Shown here: positions 31,993 to 42,771 of the stretch, one piece after another
Layout: the number at the start of each line of letters is the position of its first letter
Position numbering within the stretch: the stretch's first letter is position 1
Assembly (NCBI GenBank): GCA_964019335.1
Contig: OZ025691.1
Location: forward strand, 248,001-312,000
Direction: 5' to 3'
DNA from: Diplonema japonicum
Taxonomy: Eukaryota; Protista; Euglenozoa: Diplonemea
Length of the DNA: 64,000 nucleotides
Made by a program: the position numbers and the translations under genes
Notes under the pieces: generated by a model
Databases searched by the model: none
What the model saw: only the letters and a program-made list of their open reading frames with translations
Told to the model about the DNA's origin: nothing

Positions 31993-34320
31993 ATGCCGTT
32001 CCTTACAATCGTCGGGTCCCGCGAGGTGCTCGGCATGGTGAAGTCGGACTCCAAGCAGAATCAAGTCTGGCAGGTAATGTAGTTTTGTCTTAAAAGGAAG
32101 TTAATGCACAACCCACAGGTGTCCAACCGACCGCTGTCGGAGCACGTCACACGGCTGAAGGAGATCCTGACGGTGCACCACAACGGGCCTGGCCTGCCAC
32201 CAGGGTGGACTATTCACAAAGTGGTGAACGGGGCAAAGGGGTATGTTTTATTTACACTTTGTTACTTTGCATCTACTCCACACCACAGGGCTCCTGTGAG
32301 ACTGGACCAGTCAGCCTCTGCCCAAGGCCTGTCCGGACAAGTCTGGGTCGATAATTCTGAGAGCAAACCTCCAAAGCCGCTGCCCAAGAAGGCACAGGAG
32401 CCCGTTGCAGAAGAGAAGGTAGAACCGCCACCGCAGAAACCTGCACCTGCGCCCGCGCCCGCGCCTGCGCCTGCGCCTGCACCTGCACCTGCACCGGCTC
32501 CTATACCTGAGACCCCGAGACAGACAGCGACCGCAGAGTCTCAGACTAAGCCGCTTCCTAAGAAGACGAAGCCTCAACCCACCCTCCCGCCGCAGAACAC
32601 AGAGAAACTTGAACTAGCCGAAGCACACGCCGCTGCTCTCCGCACGCAACTCAACCTCACCCCGCCGCCTGCTAGGAATGTCCAACTGAGCTTGAAACTG
32701 AACATGAAGCAGATGAACGCCCCCCGAGCCGAGTCTGTCTGCTCCTCTGTCACAGCGTCTTCAATGGGCACACCGATGGTGCGCGCGGAGCAGCCGCCCG
32801 TCTACGGCTACTCTCGCATCATGAACGCCACCCCGTCCATGCCCCGCTTCACGCCGGCCAACGAACTGGAAAGGCCCCCCTCTGCACCGTATGCGGCATC
32901 GCTGCCAAGGCACCACTCTGTGTCGATACCGAGACGTGCCTCTGTCCCCTCAGTGCCGCAGGGGCCGTACAGACGGATCATCACACCCGGGATGTTGGAG
33001 CAAGAGGAAAAAACCGCGACACCGAGCATTGTACCTGAGCGTGAGCGGAGAGAGAGCTTGGGGAGGCGGACGAGCAACGCTTCAGACACGAAGATGAGCA
33101 AGCATGCCTCGATGTACTCGGTGGAGTCGGGCCCTGGAGCCCCCGCAGACCTGCGGAGGACACTGAGCACCGTCATGCGGAAGCAGGTTGGGCAGTATGA
33201 TAACCTCGCCGACAACGACGCGATGATGCTGCTGCACATCTTGACAGGCTCGGGTGAGCTGCAGTCGCTCTTAGATATGGAGGGGGGGGCTGCCGACGAG
33301 GTACATGCGAAGGCCATCTCCGACAAACTACTGGACTACTACACAGCGAGGATGACCCCCGCGAAGAAAGAAGAGCTGCTCAAGATATTATCCGCTCATT
33401 TGCTTGCCAACCACATCAAGCCTGCGCAGATGGCACCCTCAGAAGCAGAGAGCTTCCATCAGCCCCCACCGCCCCCGCCGTCAAACCCGCCCTCTCGCAT
33501 GGAGCCCGTGACAACAACTCCTAAGTCGGGAGTCCCCGATCAGGCGCCCATACCCATGACTGTACCTTTATCCGTTCCCACAATACCTGAGTCGTACCTC
33601 ACGCCTGCACCAACACCCACTCCAGTGCCTGTCCCGCAGTACACTCCTGCTTCATTCTCGAACCCTTCGCCACTCGGCCCCTGCGCTACTGACCCCAAAC
33701 GAGTGTTTGACCCCGTCTTCGAGTGGGACAAGGAACCCCCGAAGACACTGCAGCAGCTAGCAAGGGAGAAGCAGGTGAACAGGACGATGACTCCTGTTGA
33801 CTTACCTGTGCAGGAATCACCTGTGGGACACGGGCAAGGACAGGGACAGAGAGGTACGGCAACAAGTGTCATGCAAACACCAGGGCCTGCACCTGTTGAT
33901 TTTGAGTCGTTTAAAGCGCTGCCATCATGCACCGCGGAGCAGCTGCAGAAGGACATCAACGACTTGTTCGCGTCGCTGGACCCGTCGATGGTGCCCGACA
34001 TCCTGGGGCAAGCTAGCGGTGGGCGGAGGAGTGTTGGGTTAGAGATGCCACCGCACATGGTACAAAGCACGCTGAGCCCTGTTTCAAACACCAACCCCTC
34101 ACCGTCGCCGCGAGGACAGACGTACCCGCCTCACATGCAGCCGCCGCAGATCAACGTACGCGTCAACTACAACGACAGCGTCTCAAGCCCCTCTATGGAT
34201 TACACACGCACCCCCGCCTCCATCTATGACCAGGCCCCGCACTCCGCTTCACCCCAACCACCTCCTCCGCCGTACGATTACGATAGCGACGAGGACACCA
34301 TCCTAGGCACCTTTGCGTGA
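31993..34320 (+). CDS. Pro-rich hypothetical protein; introns 32074-32118 and probably 32241-32288
   Basis: ATG 31993 exon splices in frame into ORF 32104; PAPAPA repeat at about 32440-32500. Confidence 0.7.
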
Positions 34321-34484
34321 TCAAGTGCCGCCCATGTTGTATCTCTTTCCTTTTTGTTTTATTTTTTTATTTATTTCTGTTTTGTACATCTTCTTTTTGC
34401 TTTATTTCACCTCTTTTCACGCCTTCTTATATGCGCACCCAGGCTAAAAGTATACAAAAGAGGGAAAAATAAAAAAAAAAGACG

Positions 34485-35615
34485 ATGCAGTTCTGCGGCA
34501 GGCGAAGATACCCCGACAAGGAGGTGAAGGTGTTTGGGGGGCCTTATGTGAGCTGCAACACGCAGAAGAACGACGCGCAGAAGGATAGGCTGCGTGAGGA
34601 TGTGAAGCAGAGGCAGCAGCACGTGGCGATGCTCCTGAAGAAGGACAGGATGCTGAGGGAGGTGTCCGCGAACACGGTGACGGCAGTACCGTCGCATGGG
34701 GTGCCCGTCACGTACGGCAAGAAGCGGAGCAACAGTGTGGATTACAACGACTCGCGGAACACACTCACGAGCATAGGGCTTCTCTCTGCACAGGCAGCCT
34801 GCTCCTCTATGAGAAGAGACAGTGTGGGCAGGGACAGATCACACAGCGTACAAAAAGAAGCCCCAAGGCCCCGTTCGGGCAGCGCAGCACCCTCACATCG
34901 TGACTGCGCTGTGCAGGTCACCGGGAGCACCGCAAGAGAGCGCTCAGCGAGTATCACGAAACCGCCAGCTGCAAAGCCTGTGGAAAAATCGAAACCTCTG
35001 CAATCCGCGTTGGCGGTGCCGAAACAAGACATGCACGAGGAAAGGCAAGCTAAGATCCTCCACTTCCGCACACCACCCCCACCCAGCCCCGCACGGGTAA
35101 GGTCGGCATCCGCTCAGCCTGTCCAACGACAACACTTTGGAGGAGCGGGGAAGGTTGTGGACACAGTGTGCTACGCAGCCTTTGACCCATCAAAGGAGAC
35201 GAAGGAATGGCCGAAGACGAGGTACAGGAGAGACATGGTGGGAGGCGGGGTACAGGAGGCCATGGGGCGCAGCTCGGTAAGAAGCAGCTCAGCGGTTGTG
35301 ACGATGCGCAAGCCGCGACCTGTTATTGATGAGAAAGCTGCAGGAGGGTGCCTCAGGTTCAATGGGTCCAAGAAAGTATTCCGATCTGAGTCTCCTAACC
35401 CGTTTGCCCCTTTGGACATCCCACCCCCACCTCCACCCACTACTAGTGGGTGCATCATTGACTTGGGCTTCAACGCACCCAAGGCAGTCCGCAGCAAATC
35501 ACGAGCATACACTCCGTCGGGCATGAACCCCATCGCGCACCCGAACACACACAGAAAGGCTGGTCTTACCATCAAAGCACGCGCACCGCTTTACAACCCG
35601 ATTCTCGGATTGTAA
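34485..35615 (+). CDS. Basic low-complexity hypothetical protein (376 aa)
   Basis: Long ORF after an A-rich leader; no recognisable domain. Confidence 0.7.
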   Translation: MQFCGRRRYPDKEVKVFGGPYVSCNTQKNDAQKDRLREDVKQRQQHVAMLLKKDRMLREVSANTVTAVPSHGVPVTYGKKRSNSVDYNDSRNTLTSIGLLSAQAACSSMRRDSVGRDRSHSVQKEAPRPRSGSAAPSHRDCAVQVTGSTARERSASITKPPAAKPVEKSKPLQSALAVPKQDMHEERQAKILHFRTPPPPSPARVRSASAQPVQRQHFGGAGKVVDTVCYAAFDPSKETKEWPKTRYRRDMVGGGVQEAMGRSSVRSSSAVVTMRKPRPVIDEKAAGGCLRFNGSKKVFRSESPNPFAPLDIPPPPPPTTSGCIIDLGFNAPKAVRSKSRAYTPSGMNPIAHPNTHRKAGLTIKARAPLYNPILGL

Positions 35616-35886
35616 GGTTCTTCTATTTGTAGATTATACTCCCCCTTTTTTTCTTTTTTTCCCCCCCTCTTCTCTCTTCGCAGTAATTACCCCGAAGGGG
35701 CATTGCCCCAGGGAGACCAAAACATAGATGACACCCTAGATACATAGATAGAACATAGAAGAAAACTGCTCCCCCCCCCCCCCCTTCCTTCGTTTTTATA
35801 TACCCCCCCATTAAATTGTAAATGAATAGCTATCGGAAGGACAGAGGGAGGAAGGGGGAACAAAGAAAAAAAAAAAAAAAAGAAGA

Positions 35887-37440
35887 ATGGAGGCCTACGG
35901 TGAGATGTTCGGCAAGGCAGGGTCCCCAATAACGTTCGGGAGGAAGAAGCTGCCGATGCCGTTGGTGACGAAGGACTTCCCTGCGTCGAATGGATTTTAC
36001 TGTTGCGAGTGCAAAGTGTTGTGCGGAGTGGAAGACTTGATCCTAGACGGTGCGCATAAGGAGCACGACTACGTGTACGCTGTAGAAGCTGCAGTGCTAG
36101 TAAGAGACGAGCTTAACAGCCACGCTGAGGCAACACGTGCAGCACTGCCAAGATACGCAGCGAGGCTACACGATTTGAACAAAAAGAAAACCGATCTAGA
36201 GGCGATGATCACAACTGGCGAAGAAACCGTCCGAGAGCAGTTCAAGATCCTCCACGAAAAACTGGAAAAGCGGAAGAACATCCTCATCAATGACATCCGC
36301 ACCGTCCGCACGGAGAAGCTGACCGTCCTGGAGGGCGAGATTCTAAAAATGTCCCAATCGATAGATCGCTGCAGCACCACGCTCGCACAACTAACAGATT
36401 TTACAAAAGAGCTCGAAAGCGTTGTCCTGCCTCAGCAAACCCCGGTGATGAAAATCAAGGATGACGCCGCCAATGGATCACTATCGCAAAGCCTCAACGG
36501 ATGCACCTTACTTGAAAAAACCATTGAAATCCCACAGAATCAAACCCCTGAAATCAGGAAAAGAAGCGTTTTGTCCATGCGTGAAAAAACAAAACGAGAG
36601 AAGAAGATAAAAAAGGACGTGGTCGCCTCGACGGCCGCATCGCTGCTACCCATCTCCCCAACAGTCAAACGGAACCCACCACCCTTGCTCACTCCATGTA
36701 TGGCGAACTTTGTGAAGTGCCACCAATACATTCTGCAGACCATGCGGTCTATCCAGTCGGGCGGGTACTGCGACGACTCTGAGGTGTCCAAGATAGAAGT
36801 GTTTTTTACAAAACACCTTGAGGTCGAGGTCATCAAGTACGGAAAGTGCGTTGTCCACCAAACAGGCTTCAGATCAACGTCACGGTCCAACTACGGCGGC
36901 GTCCGCCTTCGCCCTGAACACTCCGGTGAAAAAGGTCTGATCTGGTGGCTGGGAACAATGGGCGACTCGGAACCATTCAGAAACCCGTGTCTAATTGGAA
37001 TGGCGAAGTTAATAAGCTCCTCGGTATTTGATACTGGTGAGGCGCTTGACCTGCTTTCGAAGGATCCCCAACAGACGACGCTTTCGAACAATATTGAAAA
37101 CAGCAGTCTGACGTGGGTGCTGAACCCCAAGACCACCATCATCCTGACCCACGTGTCCATCCGCCATGGGGCGTCGTCCTCTACCCGCGCACTCCGGTCC
37201 TTCACAGTTGAGGTCGGCTCTTCCGAGACCGCCCTTGAACCGGTTCTCCTGGTGGAAAACGACGAATCAATAGGAACAGAACCATACAAGGTCTCAACAT
37301 ACCCCACAGAGAGACTGTACAAGGCATATGGCACCATCCGGTTGACCATGACAGCACCGAACAGCTCAGCATTGTCGGAAGAGTGCTGGAAAATATGCCT
37401 GGCAGGGGTCGAGTTCTATGGGACGTTGTACACCGGGTGA
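35887..37440 (+). CDS. B-box/coiled-coil protein with C-terminal galactose-binding-like domain (HECTD1/BTB-associated type)
   Basis: FYCCECKVLC...H..H B-box, BBC coiled coil, GLIWWLGT..F.NP..G and LAGVEFYG. Confidence 0.75.
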   Translation: MEAYGEMFGKAGSPITFGRKKLPMPLVTKDFPASNGFYCCECKVLCGVEDLILDGAHKEHDYVYAVEAAVLVRDELNSHAEATRAALPRYAARLHDLNKKKTDLEAMITTGEETVREQFKILHEKLEKRKNILINDIRTVRTEKLTVLEGEILKMSQSIDRCSTTLAQLTDFTKELESVVLPQQTPVMKIKDDAANGSLSQSLNGCTLLEKTIEIPQNQTPEIRKRSVLSMREKTKREKKIKKDVVASTAASLLPISPTVKRNPPPLLTPCMANFVKCHQYILQTMRSIQSGGYCDDSEVSKIEVFFTKHLEVEVIKYGKCVVHQTGFRSTSRSNYGGVRLRPEHSGEKGLIWWLGTMGDSEPFRNPCLIGMAKLISSSVFDTGEALDLLSKDPQQTTLSNNIENSSLTWVLNPKTTIILTHVSIRHGASSSTRALRSFTVEVGSSETALEPVLLVENDESIGTEPYKVSTYPTERLYKAYGTIRLTMTAPNSSALSEECWKICLAGVEFYGTLYTG

Positions 37441-37545
37441 TTGGGGCGAGAGTTTTTTTTTCTTTTTTTTTCTTCTTCCCCCCCCCCCGTTTTTTTTGCG
37501 AAAAAAAAAAAGAGGGCGAGGGAGGGAGGCAAAAAAGAAAAAAAA

Positions 37546-38541
37546 ATGGGAACGGCAAAGAAAGGCAGTGTGCTGACGGCGCACCTTGCGCATCTTGCCT
37601 TTACACCCCCGATGTCTATACAGGTCCCGCCTGAAGAGATTCCAAGTTCGTTTTGTTTAGATGCGGAAGGAAGGGAAGGGAGCACAACAATAAGCGAGAC
37701 AGGTGAGCATCTGCCGGTGGGGGAAAACGCACGGGCATTGGATTTGCTGCCGCAGCAAATGGAGAGATGGGCGGCTTTGCAAAAGGGAATGCACACAGTA
37801 ACACCGCAATGCACGTTTGTACTGGAACCGGAGAAATCGAAGCCGGTGAAGTATTTCGGGGTGTTGGTGTTTCTTCTGACACAAGGGTCCGGGAAGGACA
37901 AGCTATTCAAACTGGCGCAGAACGTGGCAGCACTGACAAGTTGTGTCTCTAGTCGAAGTGCGGCCTCTGCTGAGCTGATGGAAGACCAGCTCAGTAGATC
38001 AAGGAAGGTCTTGCGGACTTTCAAAATTTTCTCTGAAATAAATAAAATACTTGTAAACACTGAGCCTGATCACCAAACCAGGTGGCTGATGCACTCAGGC
38101 AATTTGTACAGCATTGTGTATTACCTGCTTGACCACATTATCGGCCTAGTCGAACTTGGTTTCGTCAAAGCGGAGAAAAGTTTTTACGTCAGTTGTAAAT
38201 GGTACAAAAACGTGTTTTCTCTACTTCGATTAGTGACCTCCTTTTTGATAGATACGATTTACTACAAGCTTGGTTTGCGTAAGGAACAGAATCTCAAGGC
38301 GAGCGACCCTTCTCATGCCACGGAGCTCACAGCCATACACATGCATCGGTCGCACCTTAGGAGGAACTTTTTTGCCAACACTGTTAATCTCACACTGCTC
38401 CTCTCCTCTCTGAGGTTTCCCTTGTTTGATAAGGTCACGAAAACGTATGCTTCCATTGGAGGCATCCTCACCGCGCTCATCGGGATATACAAAGTCCTCA
38501 AGAGAGTTTCCGATAACCAACTTACCCTTCAGTTTTGTTGA
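37546..38541 (+). CDS. PEX11: Peroxin 11 family protein with N-terminal extension
   Basis: FLLTQGSGKDKLFKLAQ, LSRSRKVLR, YYLLDHI, C-terminal GGILTALIGIY. Confidence 0.8.
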   Translation: MGTAKKGSVLTAHLAHLAFTPPMSIQVPPEEIPSSFCLDAEGREGSTTISETGEHLPVGENARALDLLPQQMERWAALQKGMHTVTPQCTFVLEPEKSKPVKYFGVLVFLLTQGSGKDKLFKLAQNVAALTSCVSSRSAASAELMEDQLSRSRKVLRTFKIFSEINKILVNTEPDHQTRWLMHSGNLYSIVYYLLDHIIGLVELGFVKAEKSFYVSCKWYKNVFSLLRLVTSFLIDTIYYKLGLRKEQNLKASDPSHATELTAIHMHRSHLRRNFFANTVNLTLLLSSLRFPLFDKVTKTYASIGGILTALIGIYKVLKRVSDNQLTLQFC

Positions 38542-38697
38542 AAGTAAGGGAAATCAAATAACCCCCCTGGGGGGCGTCCTAACCCCCCGGAGATTTTTTT
38601 TTTTTTGTGTTTCTCTCTTTTTTTTTTTTTTTTTTTTTTTTCGTGGGGTAGGTCGTTTCTATGAGAGCTTCTTTCCTTCCCCTACTTCCCCATCATA

Positions 38698-38731
<34 letters not shown>

Positions 38732-39177
38732 TATTCTAACAAGTACCGCTCAGTTTCTTGTAAGAGCAGAAAAAAAGAGGAAAAAAAAAAAAAAAAAAAA
38801 AAAGAGTAGTGGTGGCGTGCAGTATTTATCCCAGGATTTATTGTTGTGTGCGAACAAATGCTAAAAACCGACTCTTTTTTTTTTTTTCTCTTGCTTCTTC
38901 TCTTTTTTTTTTCTTCCTTTTTTTTTTCCTTCCCCTCCTTACGTGTGGATACGACAAGAAAAAAAATAGGAAACAATTTTAAAAAAGAGAACAACCCCCC
39001 CCCCCCCCCCTTTTCTGGTTGAGAGCAGCAGGCACCCGACCCCCCCCCCCCCCCCCCCCCGCACAGAACGAGGTGACCCCCAGCGCTAGTAAGTGAGCAA
39101 ACCTTTTTTTGTCTTCTTCAAAATGTCCAGTTTTTTTTTTATTATTTACTTATTCGGGATCTCATTCTCAGGTAGGG

Positions 39178-39218
<41 letters not shown>

Positions 39219-39563
39219 AGGCCCACGTCCAAACACAGGCAAGAAAACAAAGTACCGTAAAAACCATGATATTTTCACCCGGAAAATAGTGAGCCCTGTT
39301 GCCCCCTTTCAACACACTGGGAATTTACATGGTTCTTGGGTTTTTTTTTTTTTTTTTTGATGATGAAGATGATGTAAGTTACGTCGCCCATTGCCGCAAT
39401 ACTACCCGGTGGAAAACGGGGGGAAAAAAAAAGAACATAAGAGTTAAAGGAGGCCGGTGTTGGCGGTGCCCTGCACAAGAACTGTCTACTCGCACCGCGG
39501 CCGAGTTGTAGTTTTAATTCATTTTGGAAAAAAAAAAAAAAAAAAAAAAAATAATAATAAGGG

Positions 39564-39592
<29 letters not shown>

Positions 39593-39595
<3 letters not shown>

Positions 39596-40361
39596 CAGTA
39601 TTCATTCTGGGGGAAGAGCCTGAAGGACGGCGAGACACACGAACTCGGGCGGGATGGGTCGGACGTGCTCACAAACTGCTGCCTGACGAAGGGCGGAGAG
39701 GCGAGGGTGATGGTGAACGGGCTGATTATGTGCGTGCTGAATAAAAACCAGCCGCACTGCAGTTTTCTAAGGAAACATCTGATCGACACCCCGACAGAAG
39801 TGACAGTGAAAGGATCAACAGTGGACGTGTGCGGCTACAGCGCTGCCATAGAGTTTGAAATGGACGAAGAAGACGAGGAAACAACTGAAGAGGAAGAGGT
39901 GGTGGTGGAGAACAGCAAGAAGCAAGCGAGGAAACCCACGACACAACAACCCCCCGCGAAAAAACAAAAAAAAACCCCTCAACCGGTAGAACACGCCAAA
40001 CCGCAAACCCTCGTCCTCAATTCTCACGACCCCAGGGTTGGCGAACCAATGCCCATTGAACCAAACCCAGAAGAAGAGATTGAGGCCATCAGTGTCATGA
40101 TTAACAATGTTTCTCATTTTGTGCACCTTGCGTCTCTCAGGGCGTACCGAGGAGATCTTGAGAATGCTGAGTTTGCAGGGTTTTATGACCCTAAAACGAA
40201 CAAATTGACGAAGAAAGAACCCTGTTTTGAAATCGATGAGGAAGCGCTTGCTTTAAACGCGAACCTTTGCGGCCAGAAGCGGGCGAGCCTCCTTCGCAAG
40301 GATTGGGAACAAACGTATGGGGATGCCGCTAGTGATGTTACTATTGACTCGTATGTTGGGG

Positions 40362-40393
<32 letters not shown>

Positions 40394-40495
40394 GACGACG
40401 ATGACCGATTCAAATCCGTGTCGCAATTTTCCCAAAAGCGAGATGAGGAAGCTGGTAAAATGTACACGCGCGAAAGAGGGATGGACCGTGCTTGA
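39593..40495 (+). CDS. Nucleoplasmin-like (NPL) domain protein with acidic tract; probable in-frame poly-A intron 40351-40392
   Basis: SFWG..L, LTNCCL, MCVL..NQPHC and VTVKGSTVDVCGY followed by a D/E tract and a KKQKK NLS-like motif. Confidence 0.75.
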
Positions 40496-40503
40496 AAGAA
40501 GTA

Positions 40504-40542
<39 letters not shown>

Positions 40543-40905
40543 AGTGTTTTTTTTTTTTTCCTCTCGTTTTTTTTTTCTTTCTTTTCTTACCATCATTTTT
40601 TTTTCTTCTTCTTTGTTTTCTCACATGAATAGGCTCGCCATTCGCCTTTTTCATCCTTTCTTCTTTTTTTTTTTCTTCTTCTTTTCTCTTCGTTATATTA
40701 TATTCCATTCAAGTTTTTTATTTTTATTTTTATTTTTTTATTTCTCATTCCGTTTCTTCTTCTTTCTTTTTTTATTTCTCCTTCTTTCCCCCTCTCTTTA
40801 AAAAAAAAAACTCATCCAAAAAAGACACAAAATACACACCCCCCCCTTTTTTTAATTTTTCCCCTCTAATTTTTTTTTCCCCCCCTAAATAAAAAAAAAA
40901 GAAAT

Positions 40906-42624
40906 ATGGTGAACACACCAGTACCCGTTGTAAAGTGCAGAAGCATCCAGGGTTTGTTGAATAGGTTAGTGCCGGACCCTGCAACATTTGAGGTTTTGGT
41001 TCAAGAGCTTGTCGTAAGCTTCTCGACATCCGCGGAGGAGGTGGGAAAAGAAGCAGCTGTCGAAGCATTGGTGGATAAACTCCACAAAAAAGCTGTTTCA
41101 GAATCGAAGCTAACCGCCGTATATGCAGACTGCACACGAGACATCGCAAGAACACTGAACAAAAAACAAGTACTTCAACGCGGCATCTTCAACAAGATTC
41201 TATTAGAGAAATGCGAAACCTGCTTCAACGAACACGAATCTTTGGAAAAGTTCAAACATGACGAGTACGTCCTCAACGCTGCAAAAGAAAGAAAAATCGG
41301 AAACATGCGGTTTATCGCAGAACTGCACAACAGGTGCTCAATCAGCACCACATCAGTAAGCACAATGTTAAACAAACTCACAGGAGCAACCTACAACGAG
41401 GAACCCACCGAAGATAACATGGAAGCTCTCCGAGTGTTTCTCCTATGTGTTATCCAGGTTGACAACACTGTCGATGAAGATGTGATGAAACGGGTTCGAA
41501 TCCTCCAAGACACGCATTCTTCGCGACGCGTAAGGCTTCTTCTCCTTGATGTTACAAACACTTCTTCTGTCTCTTCATCATTCAGCGCTGTTTCAACCCC
41601 TCCATCAAATGCCTCAACTCCGTACGACGATGTGATCCAGTCCCCTCCGTCCATGGAACTTCTGCCGACGATGAGAAAAACACCACCATCGCCGATTAAA
41701 CCCGTTCAGAAGAAAGACGGAGATAGAGCAAGCCACACAGTTCACATGGTCGGTATCGATGCGTCCATTCCAGACACACAGCTTGTGGAATGCGTTGAAC
41801 AACTTGCTGAGGGAAAGTTAAACAAGGTTAGGTTATGCGGAGACACGACAAACCGGACCATTTACGGGTTTTTCGAGTTCACAACGGTTGCAGCGGCGAG
41901 GACATTGGTCAACCGTACCCACACGCTTCTAGGGAAGTACTACATAACGTGTAATATTGCGAAAACTGCGATTCGAGACCCGTTGGATGTGATGTCCTGG
42001 CAGCAGGGCGGGAAGTTGCGGCAGTTTAATTTCGAAGATTCGTCCCCGGTACACTTTCTCAAAAAGGACAGAAAACTTTTGAGGCCGAACAGCAACAACA
42101 ACAACAACAACAACAACAACACCCCAGCATGGGATTCAAACAGAGTGAAACCCCACGTTCATAACATTCCCGAAATTGTCAAAACAATGGCCATGTGGAA
42201 CGGTGTCGGTATGCCGCAGGGAATGCCTTCCCAGCTTGGGGATTTGGGAACCAGAGCTGTGTGCAATGCTGCTTCTGATGTTATGGGATGTGGACAGGTT
42301 TTGGAGTATATCCCAGCGTTCCTCGGAGCGGTTGAGGCGATATACCGTGTTGATGCCATGGGTGTCATTATGTCAGGGATTGCTGCTTTTTGCTCGAATG
42401 GCAACAATGTGCCCCATGCTTGGCGTCTGGCTTATCTTCTTACGAAGTGTTTTGGGGAAACAATTGTGACGTTGGACGGTCTTATTGGGATCGTGAACCA
42501 GATTCATTACACTCACTACAAGCATAATGAAAACGCGTGGTCCAGCTTCTCCATCGAGCTGACGAGGAATTTGGTTTCCTACGGGGTGAACTATTCCAGA
42601 ATTTCCGAGATTGTGGGTTGTTGA
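40906..42624 (+). CDS. MIF4G-domain plus RRM protein (eIF4G-like/translation regulator)
   Basis: MIF4G motifs: IQGLLNRL, KAVSE....YA..., LLEKC...F, RKIGNMRFIAELH. RRM motifs: TVHMVGID...VRLCGD....YGFFEF. Poly-N (AAC)n at 42094-42120. Confidence 0.8.
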   Translation: MVNTPVPVVKCRSIQGLLNRLVPDPATFEVLVQELVVSFSTSAEEVGKEAAVEALVDKLHKKAVSESKLTAVYADCTRDIARTLNKKQVLQRGIFNKILLEKCETCFNEHESLEKFKHDEYVLNAAKERKIGNMRFIAELHNRCSISTTSVSTMLNKLTGATYNEEPTEDNMEALRVFLLCVIQVDNTVDEDVMKRVRILQDTHSSRRVRLLLLDVTNTSSVSSSFSAVSTPPSNASTPYDDVIQSPPSMELLPTMRKTPPSPIKPVQKKDGDRASHTVHMVGIDASIPDTQLVECVEQLAEGKLNKVRLCGDTTNRTIYGFFEFTTVAAARTLVNRTHTLLGKYYITCNIAKTAIRDPLDVMSWQQGGKLRQFNFEDSSPVHFLKKDRKLLRPNSNNNNNNNNNTPAWDSNRVKPHVHNIPEIVKTMAMWNGVGMPQGMPSQLGDLGTRAVCNAASDVMGCGQVLEYIPAFLGAVEAIYRVDAMGVIMSGIAAFCSNGNNVPHAWRLAYLLTKCFGETIVTLDGLIGIVNQIHYTHYKHNENAWSSFSIELTRNLVSYGVNYSRISEIVGC

Positions 42625-42739
42625 GGAAGGGGGGGAAAATAAAAAAAAAAAAAAAAAAAGGAAAAGAAAACATGTCTTTTTTCCACAAAAAAAAAAAAAA
42701 AAAAAAGAAACTGTTTGTTCATTTTTATCTGCAGTTTTC

Positions 42740-42771
<32 letters not shown>

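Noticed and set aside
38565-38592. CCTAACCC telomere-like 8-mer in a G/C hairpin after PEX11
   Set aside because: Single short match within G/C runs, with no tandem repeats or supporting structure.
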